From a virus: DNA of 64,000 nt. The stretch lies in IMG/VR virus record IMGVR_UViG_3300031453_000081; one strand, 5' to 3'. Below are positions 50,075 through 58,733 of this stretch, piece after piece (the first letter of the stretch is position 1; each line of letters opens with the position of its first letter). The notes below the pieces were generated by a model, which worked only from the letters and a program-made list of their open reading frames with translations, was not told the origin of the DNA and ran no database searches. A program made the translations under genes and the position numbers.

Positions 50075-50245
50075 TTAGCTTCGGCGCTCAACGCGCACCA
50101 CGCGCTTTACGAGCCGCCACCACACTTTCTCGGGCAGCCATCGCGGCTTGGGCTGAATAAGCGCTCTGAACCGAGTTTCCGTGATGACATGCTCATTAAA
50201 AGTGACCCGTTGAACCCATTCTTGAATCGGATCGTCAGTCGTCAT
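50075..50245 (-). CDS. Small hypothetical protein (56 aa)
   Basis: GGAGG RBS; ATGA coupling. Confidence 0.45.
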   Translation of the reverse strand: MTTDDPIQEWVQRVTFNEHVITETRFRALIQPKPRWLPEKVWWRLVKRVVRVERRS

Positions 50246-50607
50246 GTCGCCTCCGCATACATCGCAGCTATCTCTTCCGGCGACGGCTGGTGCTCGATGA
50301 ACTCTAGATTCCCAAAACGAGCATAGGTGTAGCACCGCGCCTCTGGGATTGCAACCACGAACCACGCATACCCTAATCCCTCATCTCTCAAGATTCGAGG
50401 CCACCAATCACACAGTTTTATAACGCCTTCCGTGCCTGGAGGAATCGTCATGAGCGGCTCTACAGATCGAGCGCGGATTGGATCAGCAGAAGTCCACGCA
50501 TAGTGCATCTCCCTCAACCTGACCACATCCCCCACCCGAAACTCTGCTGGCGGCGGCGTACTTCCCCAATAGACGTTAAATCCCATGCCTTGTCCCTCTG
50601 TTTCCAT
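50242..50607 (-). CDS. SH3/KOW-like hypothetical protein, antisense moron
   Basis: FRVGDVVRL...IPPGTEGVI. Confidence 0.5.
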   Translation of the reverse strand: METEGQGMGFNVYWGSTPPPAEFRVGDVVRLREMHYAWTSADPIRARSVEPLMTIPPGTEGVIKLCDWWPRILRDEGLGYAWFVVAIPEARCYTYARFGNLEFIEHQPSPEEIAAMYAEAT

Positions 50608-50627
50608 GCCCCATTGTAGGAGTCACC

Positions 50628-51899
50628 ATGCATCGTATCCGTCTACTCACGCGCCTCGTCTGGAACACGCTCAACCCGTTTAACCATCGCGCCGGTGGCG
50701 CCGCGCCGCTCACTCTGTTGACTGCGATCATCCTCGTTATCGGCAAGGTGATCGTCCTGGCTGGCGCGATCACCGCCGGCATTCTGATCGACCATCACCT
50801 CAACCACGAGACCGCAGGCGGCGGCGCCGTGAATCCCGCACAACAGGCGCCGCTCCCAACGGTCCGTATCTCTGGCGGCAGCTCGCCGGCGACATGGAGC
50901 CTCGATGGGTATGTGGTACGAGTCCACAACCAAGGCGACTCCTCGTCCTGCGTCGGACAAACGCTGGCCACCATCGAGGAGATCACCAACGCCGAACGCG
51001 GCCGGCGCATCTCGTTTAGTTCGGGCTTCATCTGGAACGCGCTCAACGGGGGCATCAACCAGGGATTGACGTATCAGTCTGCGTTTGATTTCCTCCAGAA
51101 CTACGGCGATGCCCCGCTGTGGGCCGACCCAAACGACGGTCTGAACTACCAGGCCGGGTATGGCGTCCCCGCCGCCGCCTACGCCCAGGCCGCGCCCTAC
51201 CGCGCCACTGGATGGCACGCACTCTACAACTGGGACCAGAACACGATGCGGGCCTACATCTCCAGTGGGATCCCGATCGCCTTCACTATCCACGTGTTCG
51301 ATTCGTTCTACCAGCAGTGGGGTGTCGGGTACGTGCCCTCGTTCACGAGTCAGTACGGCTACGCCCACTTCTGGCACTCCATGACCATCATCGCCTACGA
51401 TCCGACGGGCGTGACTGGCCTCAACTCGTGGGGCGGCGGTCCGTATGGTTGGGGCGGGAACGGTCGGTTCCATATGACCTGGCAGTTCCTGGTCGACAAC
51501 GGCGCCTACATCGTGGCCCCAGACCTACCGCTCAAGCCGTATTTCCATCGGGTCATCACCCACCCGAAGCCGCGGCATGTTGTGTTCCCAGCAAAACTCT
51601 GGAACGCCTACACCACCGGCCATCACCAGCGAGCGATTCCCTACCGCTCCCACGGCCGGCTCACCTACGCCGCCACACTCTGGGTGCGACACGGACCCAA
51701 ACGAGCGGGCGCAATCACCCACACCGAGACCTGGCACCCGGCCGGAAGGCACGGCGTCGACGGGTACGAGCAAGACACGTTCCGCTACCAGCAACTGTAC
51801 TTCTCGCCGGGTCGTCCCAAGTGGGCGGTGAAGTGGGCCGGGTATGCAGTGCATCATACGGCTCGCCACAAGACCGCCAAACACAGGAGCCACCATTGA
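50628..51899 (+). CDS. Membrane-anchored papain-family (C1A) cysteine peptidase
   Basis: TM near N-terminus; QGDSSSC (Gln, Cys), WHSMTIIAY (His), NSWG (Asn). Confidence 0.88.
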   Translation: MHRIRLLTRLVWNTLNPFNHRAGGAAPLTLLTAIILVIGKVIVLAGAITAGILIDHHLNHETAGGGAVNPAQQAPLPTVRISGGSSPATWSLDGYVVRVHNQGDSSSCVGQTLATIEEITNAERGRRISFSSGFIWNALNGGINQGLTYQSAFDFLQNYGDAPLWADPNDGLNYQAGYGVPAAAYAQAAPYRATGWHALYNWDQNTMRAYISSGIPIAFTIHVFDSFYQQWGVGYVPSFTSQYGYAHFWHSMTIIAYDPTGVTGLNSWGGGPYGWGGNGRFHMTWQFLVDNGAYIVAPDLPLKPYFHRVITHPKPRHVVFPAKLWNAYTTGHHQRAIPYRSHGRLTYAATLWVRHGPKRAGAITHTETWHPAGRHGVDGYEQDTFRYQQLYFSPGRPKWAVKWAGYAVHHTARHKTAKHRSHH

Positions 51900-52801
51900 A
51901 ATCATTCTCTGCCGCTCTCGCTGGTATCCTGCTGATCGTTGCGGCCAGCATCGCTATAGTGCGCGTCCGAACAGCCCGGGCACCCCACGCGCCTGCCAAC
52001 ATCGGTCGGACCGCGACCTACACTTCGGCCATGCCAACCATGCGTATCGGCGGCGGCGCCTCCATCTCACGTGCCTGGCAGCCCTACCCCACGCGCGGTA
52101 CAACCCATTTCGCGCAACTGTGGCGCGATCATCCCGAGTGTGGTCGCCCAATCGATCGCGAACGGCGCCTCGGCTTACTCTGGTTTCAGCGGTTTCGCCA
52201 CTGCGTGATGCACGACACGGTGAGCGTTATCAGCGACCGCCCGGTACAACCCACGCCATACATTCCGCCGACTGCACTCCCAATTGCACAGTCCACAGTG
52301 ACGCCAGTTCAGCCAACAGACATCCCGGTTCAGCCGACGAACCCACCGACGTCTGCGCCGCCTTCAACTCCCTGCGCCCCCGATTGCTCCCAGTGGGTAC
52401 TGGGGCAGATTAACGCCGAGCGCACGCAATACGGTGAGGCGCCGCTCACGCTGTCCCCGCTGCTCTCCAACGGTGATGGATCGTGCATCGGCGCGATCGG
52501 CCACGCCGATCACATGGCAAACGATCTCCACACCATCGCCCACGACCAGTTCCCCACCGATGTCTGTGGCTCCTACTCAACTGCAGGGGAAAACGTCGGC
52601 GTTTCGGCCTACGGGTCGATTGCCGCGGACGTGCAACAGATCCACATCTCGATGAAGTCCGAGCCATTCAGCCTCGGCTGCTCGGGGAACCATCACTGCG
52701 ACTGGATGAATCCCTCGTTCACCAGGATCGGCATCGCCATTGTTCCCGGCGCGTATGCGGGACTCCCCGCGCACTACCTCAGTGAGGAGTTCGCCGGATA
52801 A
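51896..52801 (+). CDS. Exported CAP/SCP-domain protein (301 aa, TTG start)
   Basis: CAGGAG RBS; INAERTQYGEAPL, HADHMA, GENVG, H..WMNPSFTRIGIAI; P/T linker. Confidence 0.8.
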   Translation: MKSFSAALAGILLIVAASIAIVRVRTARAPHAPANIGRTATYTSAMPTMRIGGGASISRAWQPYPTRGTTHFAQLWRDHPECGRPIDRERRLGLLWFQRFRHCVMHDTVSVISDRPVQPTPYIPPTALPIAQSTVTPVQPTDIPVQPTNPPTSAPPSTPCAPDCSQWVLGQINAERTQYGEAPLTLSPLLSNGDGSCIGAIGHADHMANDLHTIAHDQFPTDVCGSYSTAGENVGVSAYGSIAADVQQIHISMKSEPFSLGCSGNHHCDWMNPSFTRIGIAIVPGAYAGLPAHYLSEEFAG

Positions 52802-52803
52802 CT

Positions 52804-53193
52804 ATGCATCTCATGTCTCACCGTCTCCGCGCCGTCCTCTCTACCATCGGCCTCGTCGCCCTCTTGATCTACGCCATATACCGTGGCAGCAACAACGCCA
52901 GCCTGGCCGTATTCACCGGCGTGGCGGCGCTAGCGCTGTCCCAGACCATGAGCGCCTATCTACTCGCCGTACTTGATGCGAAAACCTTACGCGCCGAGCG
53001 CTGGCTGCTGCCCGGTCGGTGGATAGAGTCACCCGTGCCGTTCGCCGGCGAGATCGTCGCGCTGCAAGGCAGATTCTTACTGCTGAAAACGGCGGACGGC
53101 GGCGACCAGCGCATCCCGGCACAGGTAGTGTTTACCAGTCCGACGACCATCTACGACGCCAAGCCACCACCACCCACACAGGAGACAGCATGA
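52804..53193 (+). CDS. Two-TM protein with MscS-like beta-domain
   Basis: Two TM helices then PGRWIE..GEIVAL..RFLLLKTADG..IP..VFTS. Confidence 0.55.
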   Translation: MHLMSHRLRAVLSTIGLVALLIYAIYRGSNNASLAVFTGVAALALSQTMSAYLLAVLDAKTLRAERWLLPGRWIESPVPFAGEIVALQGRFLLLKTADGGDQRIPAQVVFTSPTTIYDAKPPPPTQETA

Positions 53194-53645
53194 CCCCGCT
53201 CGTTAATGCCTCATCCCTGATCGACCTGACGGCAGCTGCTTTCGCGGTGGCCGCTGTAGTCCAGATTTCGAAGTTCGGCCTGGACTACCTCATCAAGCCG
53301 ACCAGCCCGAATCACACGAACATCGTCAGGTTGTACGTCTATATCATCGCGACTGGTGTCGTCGTGCTCTACTCTTCGGCCAACACCGTCGTGGCATTCA
53401 CCGGCCAGTTTGTCACTGGCGTCCTGACTGCGGTGCTAACCGTGGGCACCGGTGCCATCCTCCAATACAACCTGCTGAACGGATTGAGTACCACCCCCGG
53501 CTCCATCGCTGCGAGCTCGCCTGCCACCGTATCCGATCTTCCAACCCAAACACCGCCCACGCCATCCGTCGCCGCTGTCCTCGTTCAGCCCGCTCCAGTC
53601 GAAGCCATGAGCACTCCGACATCCGACCCGGCCCAGCGCATTTAG
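53190..53645 (+). CDS. Holin-like three-TM protein
   Basis: CAGGAG RBS; three hydrophobic helices; last gene of the late operon. Confidence 0.65.
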   Translation: MTPLVNASSLIDLTAAAFAVAAVVQISKFGLDYLIKPTSPNHTNIVRLYVYIIATGVVVLYSSANTVVAFTGQFVTGVLTAVLTVGTGAILQYNLLNGLSTTPGSIAASSPATVSDLPTQTPPTPSVAAVLVQPAPVEAMSTPTSDPAQRI

Positions 53646-53923
53646 GCCGGGTCGACTTCTGCCTCTGGCCGAGACAACAGATTGAACTCCTTCAGGGTCT
53701 CGATCAAATCTGACGCGTGAATGACAATAGCGGCGGTCTTGCCCTCTGTAGGAGCGACAGTTATCCGCAGCACGTATTCACCGCCCAGTGATTCACGATC
53801 GATGTCGACAATGCCATCCGTTTCACCGTAGCCAAGCACCTGCCCTTCGAAACCGAATAGCAACGTTGGCTCCTCATGCACCCCAGTGATTCGGGCATGG
53901 AGCCTATACGTCACATCACTCAT
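53642..53923 (-). CDS. Hypothetical protein (93 aa)
   Basis: AAGGAG RBS; last gene of the leftward right-end operon. Confidence 0.6.
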   Translation of the reverse strand: MSDVTYRLHARITGVHEEPTLLFGFEGQVLGYGETDGIVDIDRESLGGEYVLRITVAPTEGKTAAIVIHASDLIETLKEFNLLSRPEAEVDPA

Positions 53924-53949
53924 CTCATTCTCCTTTTTCTCCCGCCAAT

Positions 53950-54456
53950 TCAAACTTGCTTTTGCGCTTGAATTGGCGGGAGATCATCAACGGTCATGAT
54001 TCGCGGTATGCCAGGGCAATCAAAAATATCATGATGAAACCTCCAGGAACCGCCAGGCGGGGAATCGCGAGGGGGCGGGTGATATGGCTCCCTCCAAACG
54101 TCACACGAATCGCACACCCAACGCACTGGAAACAACGGCTCGCCGGAAGCCGTAACGGCATCGGCAAAAAGGAGATGTCCGAAGGGTCGGTAAAACATGC
54201 GATAGAGGTTTTCGCTCTCTTCTGATCCGGCTTCAGCATCATATCCAACCTCACGCACAACTGCATCGGCCATCGCCATCGCCGTCCCGCCAGTACCTTG
54301 ATCGGCCCAAAACACAGAACCAGCATCGCCGACTTGCAGCAAGGACAATGCCCCGCGCGCGTTGCTTAGCGCATAGTAGGACCGCTGGGCAAACCGCACG
54401 AGCTGCTCCCGAGTCCAACGGTCAAATGGACTCTCTCCATAATCTAAGGTCTTCAT
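53950..54456 (-). CDS. Hypothetical protein (168 aa)
   Basis: GAGGAG RBS; CDSC...CPG. Confidence 0.6.
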   Translation of the reverse strand: MKTLDYGESPFDRWTREQLVRFAQRSYYALSNARGALSLLQVGDAGSVFWADQGTGGTAMAMADAVVREVGYDAEAGSEESENLYRMFYRPFGHLLFADAVTASGEPLFPVRWVCDSCDVWREPYHPPPRDSPPGGSWRFHHDIFDCPGIPRIMTVDDLPPIQAQKQV

Positions 54457-54481
54457 CTTATCTCCTCTCTCTGCCGTCGTC

Positions 54482-54682
54482 TCAGTCTTCGGGCTGGGCG
54501 GCGGCTTTTTTGCGTTCAGTGAGTTCATCGAAGACGCCAATAGCATCCCGCATGGCCTGTAATTCAGCGTTCGAGAGTCGGGCGTTCTGGCGTATTCGAG
54601 CCGAATGGCTTTCCCACAATTGGGCGGTTCGTAACGCTCTCATCACCAAACGGGACAACAGGGGCAGTCTCTCATTCAACAT
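54482..54682 (-). CDS. Hypothetical protein (66 aa)
   Basis: GGAGG RBS. Confidence 0.55.
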   Translation of the reverse strand: MLNERLPLLSRLVMRALRTAQLWESHSARIRQNARLSNAELQAMRDAIGVFDELTERKKAAAQPED

Positions 54683-54713
54683 GCGCTATCCTCCGTTCCA
54701 ACTCATTCATCAC

Positions 54714-55304
54714 TCAGTCCCAATACAGCGCAATCATCGACTCCTCCGGCAACTCGCGCAGATATGCCCACACCGCCCGATTCTGCGGTTCCTCGTACAC
54801 GCCAGGATGGTCGCTGAAGCGTAGCAACTCCCGAACAGGCCCCATTCTGAGCGGATCCCCGGTGCCGGTCTTCTGTGTATTGCCGTAGTGTTCATCCCGG
54901 ACGTTCAGGCCGCTTAAATAGGTGTTGAACATCGCCGGTACCGGGATCTCGAATTGGCGACTAAAATCTGACAGAAAGCAAAACAGGTCAGGGCATTGCT
55001 CTAGTGTTAGAACTGTCTGAGAATACCCCTCTTTCTCCCAGTCGCCTTCAACTGGCAGCAGCTTCAAATTTAGCCCCATATCCTCAACCTCCTCAATGCT
55101 CACCTCAGGCAGCGTAGGCGAAACATTCTCCGGCCACGGAATCATGATAGAGCCGCTATCGTCAACAGCTCCGAATACTTGATGCATGGCGGCGCCATGC
55201 TCGTTGGTGCAGGTGACGTCGATGCCATAGTTAGCGACGCCGTGCCGTTGCGCCTCAATACGCGCCTCGACGCACTCTGCGATTACTCTATCAACGAAGT
55301 TCAT
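54714..55304 (-). CDS. Hypothetical protein (196 aa)
   Basis: GAGGAG RBS. Confidence 0.6.
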   Translation of the reverse strand: MNFVDRVIAECVEARIEAQRHGVANYGIDVTCTNEHGAAMHQVFGAVDDSGSIMIPWPENVSPTLPEVSIEEVEDMGLNLKLLPVEGDWEKEGYSQTVLTLEQCPDLFCFLSDFSRQFEIPVPAMFNTYLSGLNVRDEHYGNTQKTGTGDPLRMGPVRELLRFSDHPGVYEEPQNRAVWAYLRELPEESMIALYWD

Positions 55305-55509
55305 GCCCGCTCCTCTCGACATCCCGCTCATCCAACGCTGTGAGTAACGGCTCAAGCTCGCTCCACACGTCGAACAGGCACTCCTCACAGAGCAGGAAGC
55401 TAGCAACTCCGTACAGTTGGAGTTCATTTATGGACCGGCAGTTTCTACACACCCCATAATCGCGAGCGTGGGCAGCAATCCTATCCACGCCGGTCAGGTG
55501 CAGGCTCAT
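55291..55509 (-). CDS. Small zinc-finger protein
   Basis: CRNC...CEEC. Confidence 0.55.
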   Translation of the reverse strand: MSLHLTGVDRIAAHARDYGVCRNCRSINELQLYGVASFLLCEECLFDVWSELEPLLTALDERDVERSGHELR

Positions 55510-55706
55510 GGCTCCTCCGATGGCACTGGCTCCGCTGTCTCAATGGATATCGCTAGGCCATGCAGCGGGCAATTCTCGTTGAAAACATAGGAGCTTTCTC
55601 CGGCTATCTGCACGTAGCCCCGCCCATAGTGGTTATCCATAACCGGACAGAGACAGCCGAGACGCACCGCCTCGTCACTGCCCGGTGGCGGCGTGTCCGT
55701 GGTCAT
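55506..55706 (-). CDS. Small Cys/His phage protein (66 aa)
   Basis: PGSDEA..GCLCPVMDN..G.G...CPLHG motif recognised from other phages. Confidence 0.6.
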   Translation of the reverse strand: MTTDTPPPGSDEAVRLGCLCPVMDNHYGRGYVQIAGESSYVFNENCPLHGLAISIETAEPVPSEEP

Positions 55707-55871
55707 GGCTTCATGAGCCAGGCCGCCATGAGCAACAGCACCGAGATCGTCAGAACCACACGGCACCGGCTTTATAGTCCGCCAGTGAAGCCGCCGCGCC
55801 CGCCATGCCTATGGCAACCCCGAACACAAATAGGATTTGAGAGCCAACCATCCACCCTCTGTCGTCAATTT

Positions 55872-56981
55872 TCATCTCTGCCCCCGTTGTGGCAAACGAA
55901 ACCCGGCAGACGATGCGGGAATCGGCTCAGCCCGCCCTTCAGCAATGCCGTACAGCTCCGCGAGCGTATGACTGCCGACTCTCTGCGGCACATTTCGCGC
56001 AGCAAGCCATGCGGCTGACTCAGGAGCAGTCAGCGACGTAAAGGTAATCCTGCCGGCACACCGTCCTGGCCGCGTTACCGCCGGATGCAACATCCCCAAT
56101 TCCTCATTCGTACTGATCAGCACCAGCACGCGCAGCCCTTGTCCAAGCAGCCCGTCGGTGACGTTGAGCAGTCGTGAGAGCGCCTGTCCGACATGTTCCT
56201 TGGCATCGACCGTCAGCATCTCACCTGTATCCTCCAGCACCAAGAGACGCCACTTCTGCTCTGGAGGAGGACCGGAGGACACAGGCGCGAATCCATCCTG
56301 CTCGTCATCAAAGAGCACGTTCAACAAGTAGGCTGAGCTATCACCAAACAACGTTTCCGGATCGACGATGTAGTGCACCGTGCACCACGTCCGCCACTCC
56401 CACCCAAGCGCGCGCAGAGCAAAACTTTTGCCAGTGCCTGGTGGCCCGTTCCAGAGGATGATACGCCCCGACTCCGGGCGGGTATGAATCAGGGCGCCGA
56501 GTTCAGCCCGGACAGACCGACTGTAGTTCTCCTCGATTTGACCCCATGCAGGGATGTCAATCATGCGCCGCATTTTGCGTGGCCCTTGCGGGGTCAACGT
56601 CCAGAGCCACAAGGGAATGCGCTGTTCATCGGTCAAGACCGGCGTGGGGAACAAGTCACGGAGCGCGCTCAGCACTGAATCGCGACCAAAGACCGACAGA
56701 GCAGCGATCCTCACACTGATCGAGCCGTCCACAAGCGAGACGTGCGCCGCTCCGCCTTCAAGTTCGATAATTGCAGATTGAAAACCGTCGGAAACGTATT
56801 GGTAGCGAATCTGATCCGTGAGGCAATCAAGCGACTCCGCCGATGTGGCCCAACTACCATCTTTCATGTAGGGTGTCCGTTTTGCCATGGCATACCTGGT
56901 AAAGAGGTCGCTCGTGAAGTCTCGTCCCGTTTGCGTGTCGATAGTCAATTCGGTCAAAACCTGGTCAAATGTGTCGATCAT
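55872..56981 (-). CDS. AAA+ ATPase with N-terminal accessory domain
   Basis: GPPGTGKS, LLVLED, LSRLLNVTDG, STN, RPGR. Confidence 0.88.
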   Translation of the reverse strand: MIDTFDQVLTELTIDTQTGRDFTSDLFTRYAMAKRTPYMKDGSWATSAESLDCLTDQIRYQYVSDGFQSAIIELEGGAAHVSLVDGSISVRIAALSVFGRDSVLSALRDLFPTPVLTDEQRIPLWLWTLTPQGPRKMRRMIDIPAWGQIEENYSRSVRAELGALIHTRPESGRIILWNGPPGTGKSFALRALGWEWRTWCTVHYIVDPETLFGDSSAYLLNVLFDDEQDGFAPVSSGPPPEQKWRLLVLEDTGEMLTVDAKEHVGQALSRLLNVTDGLLGQGLRVLVLISTNEELGMLHPAVTRPGRCAGRITFTSLTAPESAAWLAARNVPQRVGSHTLAELYGIAEGRAEPIPASSAGFRLPQRGQR

Positions 56982-57522
56982 AGATTCTTCTCTCCGCCCT
57001 TCTGCTGAAAACGGTCATTCTCGCTCCTTACTTTCCCGTCAATAGCAACTGCTGTATATCCGCGACCCCATTCCGTTGCGCCGCTTCGTAGACCATCGTG
57101 CTGTGCTCCCCCGACCACCGACCCATCCTGCAGCATCAGGTAGGGCAGCATCTCACGAGCAAATCCTTCGGTGGCTTCAGCCCTGCTCTTCTCGCTATCG
57201 TCCAGCCCCTCGACTGTTGCGATGATTTTCGCCTTCAGCAGATAGACGAGCACACGCCAACGACGCTGGCGTTCCAACGTTGCCAGAGCCTGCACCTGCG
57301 CATCCGTGCGGTGGTCCCGACGCGAAAACTCTCCGGGTCCGGCTGCTCGATGGCAAATGAGTACCAGCGGGCGCCGATCTCGGCCATCAGCTGATACGAC
57401 GTGTCCGACTCGTGCGTGCTGAACCGAACTGCGCCGGCCTGTTTAAGCAACTGACGCATCTCAGCAACAGACTGACTGACTTCGACGGACGTGTTCTCGG
57501 CGTAGCGGCGTTTCTTCGCCAT
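56978..57522 (-). pseudogene. Conserved phage hypothetical gene split by a -1 frameshift at 57325-57328 (~181 aa if fused)
   Basis: YAENTSV..S.AE N-half and RQRRWR.L..LLKAK...LPY.ML.DG C-half are in different frames; AGT TTT CGC vs TCG. Confidence 0.65.
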
Positions 57523-57761
57523 TACTCATGCTCCCCCGTCTTTTCGGGGGTCGCGCCCCACTCCTGTTCCGCCGCCAGAATATCCCGCGTCTCCCGTAGC
57601 ATTCGCAGCGCATGGTCCAGTTGCTCGATATGGCACTCAATCAACACCTGCGTCGCTGGACTCTGGGTCACCACATGCCGGTCGCAGTACTCGGCATGGA
57701 GGGCTTCGGTCCGGTCGATCACGTCATCAACAACCAGAGACAACGGACGGGAGGAGATCAT
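57522..57761 (-). CDS. Hypothetical helical protein (79 aa), homologue of 60489-60764
   Basis: LHAEYCDRH...QVLIECHIEQLDHA...E..D.L.AE..W. Confidence 0.65.
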   Translation of the reverse strand: MISSRPLSLVVDDVIDRTEALHAEYCDRHVVTQSPATQVLIECHIEQLDHALRMLRETRDILAAEQEWGATPEKTGEHE

Positions 57762-58198
57762 GAAACAACCACATTGGTCTTGAGTGCTGCGATAATCACC
57801 GGCCAATCCCAGCCCGGTTGCGCGTCGGTACGCTCGCCAAGGGCATTCAGCAGTTCACCGGTCTGGACAGCGTCGAGTTCTCTGGTCTTGACGATGGAGA
57901 AGCCATGCTTGCGCAGGTACCGCCAGGTGGCTAACCGCGCGTCGTCGGTCGACATCGTCGCGGACTCTGTCGCAACGGCAGATGCCGATTTCTTCGACAG
58001 TCGGACCGCCTTCAGCCGTTCCCCTCCCACAAGCGCCTGGAATCGTTTCGGTTCCGCTTCAATCTCGGCCACGGTCGGGTCCAGCATCGCCGCCAGCGCC
58101 TCCAGTCCAGCCTGGCGCACACTATCCCGCCCGGCATTGGACAGCGGAACATTACGCGGCGCGTCAGGGTCGGGCAGTAATTCTTCCTGGCGGTTCAT
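57758..58198 (-). CDS. Hypothetical protein (146 aa)
   Basis: Coupled; starts MNRQEELLPDPD. Confidence 0.6.
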   Translation of the reverse strand: MNRQEELLPDPDAPRNVPLSNAGRDSVRQAGLEALAAMLDPTVAEIEAEPKRFQALVGGERLKAVRLSKKSASAVATESATMSTDDARLATWRYLRKHGFSIVKTRELDAVQTGELLNALGERTDAQPGWDWPVIIAALKTNVVVS

Positions 58199-58421
58199 GT
58201 CGTCACACTTGATCCCGCTGTATGGATAGGCGAGTGCCCACACTCGCCGTCGTTCTCCCAACAGGCGAAGCAGAGATGGCCACCACAGCGCCAGCAGCGC
58301 TCATATTGGTCTTCTGGGATAGCAATGCCGCACCGGCCACAGTAGTCAATCGTCACCGTGGTCATCTGAGAAGCGGGCGGCGAGTCAGGGTCGGGCAGTA
58401 ATTCTTCCTGGCGGTTCATGT
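58163..58421. repeat. 38-bp perfect direct repeat (58163-58200 and 58384-58421)
   Basis: GTCAGGGTCGGGCAGTAATTCTTCCTGGCGGTTCATGT twice. Confidence 0.95.
58195..58419 (-). CDS. Small zinc-finger protein (74 aa)
   Basis: GAGAGGAGG RBS; CGRC...CWRC...CFAC...CGH; starts MNRQEELLPDPD. Confidence 0.65.
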   Translation of the reverse strand: MNRQEELLPDPDSPPASQMTTVTIDYCGRCGIAIPEDQYERCWRCGGHLCFACWENDGECGHSPIHTAGSSVTT

Positions 58422-58733
58422 TGACGCCTCCTCTCGTTGTTTCGCCGTCATGACGGGGCTTTCCAGTACACTCGAATCCTGATCAAGCGGGAATATCAGC
58501 ACGCCATCGACCGCATGCCAAACATCCGACAAGCGCTCAATCACCGACTCGATCCGGGTCTGGCATCTCCGCACCTCTAGATAGAGCCAGCGGGACTCTC
58601 TGGCAGCGTCCGCATGCCCAAGCCCTGCCAGACGATCCGCCATGGCGTTGAGGTTGTCCATCGCGCAATACTGATCGCCTAGAAAGTCGGCAGCCTCTTT
58701 GCAATACAGATACTCATAGCTGCCGCCGCTCAC
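58416..58733 (-). CDS. Conserved phage hypothetical protein (105 aa)
   Basis: MSGGSYEYL...MADRLAGLG..DAARE...LSDVWHAV; GTGA overlap with the upstream stop. Confidence 0.65.
   Translation of the reverse strand: MSGGSYEYLYCKEAADFLGDQYCAMDNLNAMADRLAGLGHADAARESRWLYLEVRRCQTRIESVIERLSDVWHAVDGVLIFPLDQDSSVLESPVMTAKQREEAST

Noticed and set aside
51119-51895. N-terminal 259 aa of the 560-aa ORF 51119-52801
   Set aside because: Overlaps the C1A peptidase in another frame; real start is TTG 51896 with RBS and signal peptide
55703-55853. Small membrane gene broken by a 2-nt GT duplication
   Set aside because: Plausible (MVGSQILFVFG... / VLTISVLLLMAAW...) but too short to support without homologues
58163-58421. 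38-bp repeat as attachment site of the tyrosine recombinase
   Set aside because: Only 221 bp apart, both copies are gene starts, no inverted arm symmetry
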